Virus record (IMG/VR): IMGVR_UViG_3300037418_002259
Strand: one strand, 5' to 3'
Length of the DNA: 20,000 bases
DNA from: an uncultured virus (IMG/VR IMGVR_UViG_3300037418_002259)
Taxonomy: Duplodnaviria; Heunggongvirae; Uroviricota; Caudoviricetes
Shown: piece after piece, positions 14,753 through 20,000 of the stretch
How the letters are laid out: every line of letters begins with the position of its first letter
Position numbering within the stretch: position 1 is the stretch's first letter
Made by a program: the position numbers and the translations under genes
The notes under the pieces: generated by a model
What the model saw: only the letters and a program-made list of their open reading frames with translations
What the model was told of the DNA's origin: nothing
Database searches by the model: none

Positions 14753-15161
14753 CGGCAGACTGCCCGGCATGCCATTGACCCCTGCGACCCGCCAGCACCT
14801 GTACAAGGTGACCGCCGACCTGCCGATGTGCGGGTGTGGATACCCGGAGGCCGCCTACCAGCTTGTTGTCGACCTGCTGAAGCTCGCGCCGTTCTACCAG
14901 CACCGTGAGGATGTCGCGCGTCTGGTCGGCCCCGAGGACGGGGGCGTGTACGCCCTGGTGCTCGGCGCGCTGGACCACGCGGAACTGATCGAGCACGGCG
15001 GCAACATCTCCGGGTCGTGGATCACGCCGAAGGGGAATTGGTTCCTGCAGGCGGTGGAGTTGGCAGGCGGACCCGACGAACTGTCCGACGCGACCGCCGA
15101 GCAGGGCTACCCGCACAACGGTGGCAAGTGCACCGTCGCGTGCTGGGAGAAGACACCGTGA
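14745..15161 (+). CDS. hypothetical phage protein, 138 aa
   Basis: CGCGYPE...LIEHGGNISGSWITPKG; coding-like codon usage. Confidence 0.75.
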   Translation: MSDGRLPGMPLTPATRQHLYKVTADLPMCGCGYPEAAYQLVVDLLKLAPFYQHREDVARLVGPEDGGVYALVLGALDHAELIEHGGNISGSWITPKGNWFLQAVELAGGPDELSDATAEQGYPHNGGKCTVACWEKTP

Positions 15162-15442
15162 GCTGCCACTGTCGCCGCTCGTGCTGCTGCCGCCGCGGGC
15201 CGGGACTCGTCGACTCGTTCGACGTCGAGCCGGCGCAGCCGTACGACGGCCCGATCGTCACGCCGACCGGCGCGGTCATCCCGGATGAGTACCTGACGGA
15301 CCGCGTGCACCCCGGACCGAGTGCTGGCGTGGCGTACTGGAGCGCCGTACGACCGCAGCCACGCCTCCCGGACCCGTTCCCGAGGCCACGGCCCGGGGTC
15401 GTCCGGCGGCTGGTCAGGCTGCTGCGCCCGACGCGACGTTAA
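15158..15442 (+). CDS. hypothetical protein with Cys-rich N-terminus, 94 aa
   Basis: GGAGA RBS; GTGA overlap. Confidence 0.6.
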   Translation: MSCHCRRSCCCRRGPGLVDSFDVEPAQPYDGPIVTPTGAVIPDEYLTDRVHPGPSAGVAYWSAVRPQPRLPDPFPRPRPGVVRRLVRLLRPTRR

Positions 15443-15500
15443 CCAGGGCCCGGGGTGACCGTGAGGAGGTTGACCCCGACCCCAGGAGGCGCAACACCTC

Positions 15501-15932
15501 ATGAGACGCATCGCCGTCGTCACTCAAGCTGTCGCGTTCATCGTCACCGGTCTACTCGTCCTGTTCGCTCTCGGGTTGCTCGCCACGAAGCAGAACGGTC
15601 CGCCGCGCGCCGCGATCCCCGAGCTGATCCTGCTCGGGATCGCGATCATCGCGTTCCTGCTCGCCTCGAAGCCGTACGTCGACGCGGACGCTGAAGAGCC
15701 GGCCAAGCCGGTCGAGGTGCGGCTGTGGGATCCGCAGGTGGATCTGCTCGCGAGGATCGTGGATTCGTTGGCCGAGCGGACGGCGCAGCATCCCGGGCCG
15801 AAGCCGATCCCGGACATGACGTATGCGCCGACGTTGCCGCCTGACGGGCTCGGAGTGGACACGCCGCCGCAGGTGCGGGAGACGAGGCTGCCGCGTCCGC
15901 GTCGCGGGGCGCATCGTGCGTCGCCTCGATGA
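15501..15932 (+). CDS. membrane protein with two N-terminal TM helices, 143 aa
   Basis: AGGAGG RBS; two hydrophobic segments. Confidence 0.8.
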   Translation: MRRIAVVTQAVAFIVTGLLVLFALGLLATKQNGPPRAAIPELILLGIAIIAFLLASKPYVDADAEEPAKPVEVRLWDPQVDLLARIVDSLAERTAQHPGPKPIPDMTYAPTLPPDGLGVDTPPQVRETRLPRPRRGAHRASPR

Positions 15933-15936
15933 CCGC

Positions 15937-15965
15937 TTGCCCAGAATGCTAAGCGGGTATACGCT
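15937..15965 (+). promoter_or_regulatory. class I promoter P5
   Basis: TTGCCC-17 nt-TACGCT with GCTAAGCGGGTA; CCGCTT half-site over the -35. Confidence 0.8.
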
Positions 15966-15973
15966 TGGGTTGT

Positions 15974-15991
15974 GCCGGAAGAGCAGCCGGC
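15974..15991 (+). promoter_or_regulatory. AAGAGCAG-loop leader hairpin 6
   Basis: GCCGG-AAGAGCAG-CCGGC. Confidence 0.8.
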
Positions 15992-16009
15992 CCAATCCAA
16001 GGAGACCCG

Positions 16010-16228
16010 ATGCACATCACCGTCGCGAACCCCGACAACCCCTTCGACGCCCCCGCCTACGACGGCGAGTCCAAGGAAGCCCACACCGTACTGGCGGCCG
16101 GTGAGTACACCGCCACCGTCGTCTCCGACGACGAGTACGACGGCACCGAGGTCGCGCTCCTGGTCGGCTCGACGTCCAGCTTCGCGGCCCCGATCGTCGA
16201 CATCGACCACATCCACACCCGCGCCTGA
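16010..16228 (+). CDS. acidic hypothetical protein, 72 aa
   Basis: Start re-called to ATG 16010 after AAGGAGAC. Confidence 0.8.
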   Translation: MHITVANPDNPFDAPAYDGESKEAHTVLAAGEYTATVVSDDEYDGTEVALLVGSTSSFAAPIVDIDHIHTRA

Positions 16229-16241
16229 CCGCTGAGGACCA

Positions 16242-16272
16242 CCGGCCCGAGCACTCCCCCCGCTCGGGCCGG
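16242..16272 (+). terminator. GC-rich hairpin after the stop codon, no U-tract
   Basis: CCGGCCCGAGC/GCTCGGGCCGG. Confidence 0.45.
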
Positions 16273-16289
16273 ACCCCTGAACGATCAGA

Positions 16290-16305
16290 CCGGAAGAGCA
16301 CCCGG
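16290..16305 (+). promoter_or_regulatory. leader hairpin 7 (loop variant AAGAGCAC)
   Basis: CCGG-AAGAGCAC-CCGG upstream of GAGGAGAC and ATG 16326. Confidence 0.7.
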
Positions 16306-16325
16306 CAACTACCGAGGAGACCCAA

Positions 16326-16757
16326 ATGCCCAAGCGTGGACAGACGCTCCCCTTCCGCCTCGACTACACGTGGGACCCGACCAGCGACAAGCCGGTCAAG
16401 GGCTGCGTGCGGTTCTCGGATCGCGAAGAGATGGAGATGTTCGCGGCCGAGCAGCGCAGCCTGGCCGAGTCCCAGGACCGCATCATCGAGCACAAGTTCA
16501 CCGACGACACCCCGGCGAGCTACGACACCATGACCCCGAAGGGCGGCGCGCAGCAGCGCGGATCCGACCGAGGCGTCGCCGCGTTCCGTGGCGGCGAGGT
16601 CAAGCGCGGACGGCTCGTCGCCACCGCAGCCGAGGCAGGACAGCAGGCGTACCCGAACGACGAGGAACTCGCCTTCGCCTACGCCGAAGAGTTCATCGTC
16701 GGCTACGAGGCGATGCAGAAGAGCGCCCGCCGCGAGCGCAGCCGCCGCCGCGCATGA
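16326..16757 (+). CDS. hypothetical protein, 143 aa
   Basis: AGGAGAC RBS. Confidence 0.85.
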   Translation: MPKRGQTLPFRLDYTWDPTSDKPVKGCVRFSDREEMEMFAAEQRSLAESQDRIIEHKFTDDTPASYDTMTPKGGAQQRGSDRGVAAFRGGEVKRGRLVATAAEAGQQAYPNDEELAFAYAEEFIVGYEAMQKSARRERSRRRA

Positions 16758-16803
16758 CCCGCCGCACCCACCAGACGATCAAGACCACGAAGAAGGTGAC
16801 ACC

Positions 16804-17040
16804 ATGACCACCCCCGCCCGACCACCTGCCGTCGCTCGCGCCGAGTCGCGGGCTGTCGCCGTACTCGTCAAGTCCGGCGCGTCCGACAACACCTACACGC
16901 GGATCGTTGCCGAGGACATCGTCGGCGAGTACATGGTCACCGGGAACGTGACGGCGTACGGGCTGATCCGTCAGCTGATCGGCGACACGCTCGCCGGCGA
17001 ACTGGCGGAGGCTCGCGCCGCCGAGAAGGTGTCGGCGTAG
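16804..17040 (+). CDS. hypothetical protein, 78 aa
   Basis: GAAGGTG RBS before ATG 16804. Confidence 0.75.
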   Translation: MTTPARPPAVARAESRAVAVLVKSGASDNTYTRIVAEDIVGEYMVTGNVTAYGLIRQLIGDTLAGELAEARAAEKVSA

Positions 17041-17063
17041 CGAAGGGAGTTGGCTGCACCCGC

Positions 17064-17092
17064 TTGGCGAAAACGCTAAGCGGGTGTACGCT
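17064..17092 (+). promoter_or_regulatory. class I promoter P6
   Basis: TTGGCG-17 nt-TACGCT with GCTAAGCGGGTG; inverted ACCCGCTT at 17058-17065. Confidence 0.8.
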
Positions 17093-17102
17093 TGTGTCAT
17101 CA

Positions 17103-17122
17103 GGTCGGAAGAGCAGCCGACC
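17103..17122 (+). promoter_or_regulatory. AAGAGCAG-loop leader hairpin 8
   Basis: GGTCGG-AAGAGCAG-CCGACC. Confidence 0.8.
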
Positions 17123-17140
17123 ACCACCCGAGGAGACCGA

Positions 17141-17491
17141 ATGAACACCGCACCCGCCACCGTCACCGAGACCGCCACCATCCTGGTCAACGAACTGGGC
17201 ACCCGCACCGGCCTCGCCCACGACGTGCTCACGGTCGAGGACTACGGCAACGTGTGGAACATCCTGGTCCCCCGGTTCGACGGCAACTGGATCCTCACCG
17301 AGGACAGCATCCTGTGCTGGTACCCCGGCGGAACCTGGTCCGAGGACGGCAGCGAGCCGGAGTTCGAGACGCAGATCGACTGCACCACTCCCCGCTACCT
17401 GGCCGAGGCCGCCGCCGACATCATCACCGCCCCCGCTGACCAGCGCGCGTACGTCGCCGCGATCAACGGCCCGAACCTGGTCCAGGGCTGA
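17141..17491 (+). CDS. hypothetical protein, 116 aa (paralog 1 of tandem trio)
   Basis: Start re-called to ATG 17141 after GAGGAGAC. Confidence 0.85.
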   Translation: MNTAPATVTETATILVNELGTRTGLAHDVLTVEDYGNVWNILVPRFDGNWILTEDSILCWYPGGTWSEDGSEPEFETQIDCTTPRYLAEAAADIITAPADQRAYVAAINGPNLVQG

Positions 17492-17497
17492 CCCGCG

Positions 17498-18004
17498 ATG
17501 ACGCTGAACCTGGCCGAACTGAAGGCCGAACTCGAAGAGGACCGCTACCGCTACCGCGTCCAGCCGATCAAACTGGCCAGCTGCAACGCGCTCGTCATCG
17601 CCCGGCCGGATGGCTGGTGGATCGTCACCGACGCCAGCACCATCACCCTGCACACGGGCGCAGACAACGGCACGATCGGGGCCCCGGTCTTCGCGGCAGC
17701 CCTCGACCTCGCGTACAGCGCCGGAGATCTCGCGGCAGCGGTCGACAACCTCGTCCACACTCCCGCCGAGCACCGCGAGCACGTCGCCGCCTTGGAAGGC
17801 CCGAACACCGCCGAGACTCCGACGCTCGCGAAGCACCTCACCAGCGGCTCACAGGTCGAGTTCGCGACCGACGACGGCATGGTTGCCGGCACGGTCGTCG
17901 AGGCGTACGGCAACGGGCACGGCGGCATCAACCTCAAGATCCGGACCGTGGACGGCGTAACCCACAAGCGCTGCTGGCACCGCCTCGAAGAGATCGGAGC
18001 CTGA
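17498..18004 (+). CDS. hypothetical protein, 168 aa (paralog 2, extra C-terminal beta-rich domain)
   Basis: ORF track; similarity to the neighbouring genes seen by eye. Confidence 0.8.
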   Translation: MTLNLAELKAELEEDRYRYRVQPIKLASCNALVIARPDGWWIVTDASTITLHTGADNGTIGAPVFAAALDLAYSAGDLAAAVDNLVHTPAEHREHVAALEGPNTAETPTLAKHLTSGSQVEFATDDGMVAGTVVEAYGNGHGGINLKIRTVDGVTHKRCWHRLEEIGA

Positions 18005-18009
18005 GCGCC

Positions 18010-18666
18010 ATGAGCAAGGCACCTGTCACCCTGATCCGCGTCCGCCAACTGCTGGCCGACCGAGGCCACGAGTTCACGGCCCCCGAGCACGACGGCAACT
18101 CCTGGGCGATCGTGGCCCGCACCGAGCACGGCGCGTGGGCCCTGGCGCAGGATTGGATCCTGACCTTCCACCTCGGCGGAGACTTCACGACCGAGCCCTA
18201 CTACGAGTACTGGGCCGACTCGGATCTCGCGCTCAAGGAGATCGCCGAGGACATCCACGACGTGATCAGCGAGTTCACCAGCAACACGTTCCCGGCGAAA
18301 CCAGGCGAGGCGATCGTGTTCACGTCCGGTGAGCCTCCGCGCCGGGTCACGATCGACCACGTGACCGATGACGAGATCCGGCAGCGGCTCGCGTCCGTCG
18401 AGCCGGCGAACGCGTGGATCGAGTACCAAAGCGACGCGTTCCGCGTCTGGGGCCGCTCGACCGGAGACGTGATGGTCGAGCACACCACAACAGGCGAATC
18501 ACGGCTCCTGCAAGGCGACGACGCGACCGCGCTGCAAGCCGAGATCGTGGGGATCGCCGACCACGCCGGCGACCGTGACCTCGACCCGGTCGAGGCGACC
18601 GACCACTACCTGTCGACGGAGATCTTCGGTCGCGGGCCCGAGCAACCAGCCACCCCAGGAGACTGA
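18010..18666 (+). CDS. hypothetical protein, 218 aa (paralog 3, extra C-terminal domain)
   Basis: GGAG RBS before ATG 18010; 3' part of the track ORF 17617-18666. Confidence 0.8.
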   Translation: MSKAPVTLIRVRQLLADRGHEFTAPEHDGNSWAIVARTEHGAWALAQDWILTFHLGGDFTTEPYYEYWADSDLALKEIAEDIHDVISEFTSNTFPAKPGEAIVFTSGEPPRRVTIDHVTDDEIRQRLASVEPANAWIEYQSDAFRVWGRSTGDVMVEHTTTGESRLLQGDDATALQAEIVGIADHAGDRDLDPVEATDHYLSTEIFGRGPEQPATPGD

Positions 18667-18671
18667 TCACC

Positions 18672-19040
18672 ATGCCCGTCTACCACCTTCACCACACCGG
18701 CTACGTATCGCACGTCGAGACCGTCGAGGCGGACACCCCGGAGGCTGCGATCGACGCCTCTGAAGAGGGCTGGGTCAGCCTGTGCCACCAGTGCACCCGC
18801 GAGTGGGATTCTGCGGGCGACCCGGAGATCACGAGTGTCACTGACGAGACCGGCGAGATCGTGTGGGAGCCCGAGCGGGAACCGGCCCGGGCCCCGCTGC
18901 CGACGCAGGAGCAGATCAGCGAGGCCATCCTCGCGGCGTGGATCGTACAGACCGAACTCGGAGTCCAGGCGACCCCCGTCGAGCACTCCCGTGCCCTGGC
19001 CGGCGGCGTGATGAAGCTGCTGAACGGTGGCACGTCATGA
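18672..19040 (+). CDS. hypothetical protein, 122 aa (CHQC)
   Basis: AGGAGAC RBS. Confidence 0.8.
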   Translation: MPVYHLHHTGYVSHVETVEADTPEAAIDASEEGWVSLCHQCTREWDSAGDPEITSVTDETGEIVWEPEREPARAPLPTQEQISEAILAAWIVQTELGVQATPVEHSRALAGGVMKLLNGGTS

Positions 19041-19261
19041 CCGCGGCACGGTTCGACTTCCGCCCGACCGGTGACGGGATCTTCCAGGTCGACCAGGGCG
19101 ACACGCACCTGGGCACCGTCCAGAAGTTCTCTGCGGGCGAGTGGTGGGCGTACCCGGCGAATTCGGCCGGCCAGACCTCGTTCACGCTGACGACCCGGGA
19201 GAAGGCCGCGGAGGCGCTCCGAGACCACCACGCCGCCAACACCTCGGCGGGCGTCCGATGA
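19037..19261 (+). CDS. hypothetical protein, 74 aa
   Basis: ATGA overlaps at both ends. Confidence 0.75.
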   Translation: MTAARFDFRPTGDGIFQVDQGDTHLGTVQKFSAGEWWAYPANSAGQTSFTLTTREKAAEALRDHHAANTSAGVR

Positions 19262-19455
19262 CGACGCTGAGGGCCATCGTCGCGGTATTCATGGTGGTGT
19301 TCGGCGTCCTGTGCCTGGTCGACAGCATCAAGGGTGACGGGCTGCCTTCGGACCCGGAGCCGACGACACCGACGACTCCGATCTACCCGCTCGGGCACCC
19401 GCCCACGAACTGCGCGGAGTACATCGGGACGAACACCTACCACGAGGGCTGCTGA
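19258..19455 (+). CDS. small secreted or membrane-anchored protein, 65 aa
   Basis: Hydrophobic N-terminus AIVAVFMVVFGVLCLV; coupled at both ends. Confidence 0.7.
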   Translation: MTTLRAIVAVFMVVFGVLCLVDSIKGDGLPSDPEPTTPTTPIYPLGHPPTNCAEYIGTNTYHEGC

Positions 19456-19919
19456 TGCCGCGACGCAACGAGGGATTCAGGGAGTACTGCGGCGCGCAGG
19501 ACCCGAACCGTGTACGGCACAGCGCGAGCTGTGTCCTGAAGGCGGGGCACGCAGAACACATCCCACACAAGGACGTGGACGGCAACCGGTGGTCTGACGT
19601 CGAGCCTGCGGCGGCAGAGGAGGCGAAGCCGGCGAAGCGGACTCGGCTCACGCCGAACCGGTGGACCGGTTGGAAGCCCGAGCACGTCGTCGAGGTCGAG
19701 CTGATCGAGCGCGTCCCGAAGCACTGGAGCCTGTACGCGGTCTACCTGAACGGGGAGCGGATCGGGTGGGTGCACGGCTATCCGAAGTACCGGCACAATC
19801 AGCCCGCGTGGGCGTACCTGCGCGGCGGCGAGCGCCCGAGCATCGCAGCGTTCGGGTATCACGCCGGCGAGTCGCGGACTGCGGTGGTCGAGTACCTGGT
19901 CGAAGAGGCGCTGCGGTGA
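19455..19919 (+). CDS. hypothetical protein, 154 aa
   Basis: TGATG overlap; N-terminal YCG...CVLKAGH...H motif. Confidence 0.75.
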   Translation: MPRRNEGFREYCGAQDPNRVRHSASCVLKAGHAEHIPHKDVDGNRWSDVEPAAAEEAKPAKRTRLTPNRWTGWKPEHVVEVELIERVPKHWSLYAVYLNGERIGWVHGYPKYRHNQPAWAYLRGGERPSIAAFGYHAGESRTAVVEYLVEEALR

Positions 19920-20000
19920 GCCGCCTGCGCCTGCGTACTGTGGCGGCGTGGGTGGTGATCGTTGCCGCTGTCCTGCTCGGGCATTCCGCTGGCGTGACGC
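19916..20000 (+). CDS. 5' fragment of a membrane or secreted protein (truncated by the window edge)
   Basis: GTGA overlap; MSRLRLRTVAAWVVIVAAVLLGHSAG, open to the end of the window. Confidence 0.5.
   Translation, partial: MSRLRLRTVAAWVVIVAAVLLGHSAGVT

Noticed and set aside
7607..14806. Long alternative-frame and antisense ORFs (7607-9157, 8341-9930 portion, 11794-13434, 12662-13639 portion, 13391-14806)
   Set aside because: Arg/Pro/Gly-rich shadow frames expected in high-GC coding DNA; they overlap better-supported genes with RBSs and coupled starts.
16754..16807. 17-aa ORF MTRRTHQTIKTTKKVTP bridging two genes by ATGA overlaps
   Set aside because: Too short to support from sequence alone, and the downstream gene has its own RBS.
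1214..17122. CRISPR array interpretation of the repeated motifs
   Set aside because: Repeats are dispersed hundreds to thousands of bases apart, separated by whole genes, with no regular spacers and no cas genes.

Overview
High-GC (roughly 70%, by eye) gene-dense DNA that reads as the non-structural (early/accessory) region of an actinobacterial phage or prophage. Two genes and a probable truncated third run leftward (1-925). A divergent non-coding region follows, then about 40 rightward, mostly small hypothetical genes, many coupled by ATGA/GTGA/TGATG overlaps. Recognisable products are a DUF262-like (ParB/GmrSD-N) protein, a HerA/FtsK-type (DUF87-like) ATPase with two C-terminal winged helices, a DUF3307-like membrane protein and a terminase-small-subunit-like HTH protein. 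No capsid, tail, integrase or polymerase genes are visible. The most notable content is non-coding. (i) A repeated expression cassette: six SigA-like promoters (TTGnnn-17/18-TACGCT) whose spacer carries a conserved GCTAAGCGGGTA box, and eight hairpins with a near-invariant AAGAGCAG loop and covarying stems 22-27 nt before start codons with a GGAGAC ribosome-binding site. (ii) A ~125-nt tRNA-like RNA with an enlarged anticodon region directly downstream of the first promoter. (iii) A second, apparently leaderless promoter class using a variant of the same box. (iv) A sharp C-rich to G-rich strand switch inside the terS-like gene. All family assignments come from motif recognition by eye; no searches were run.
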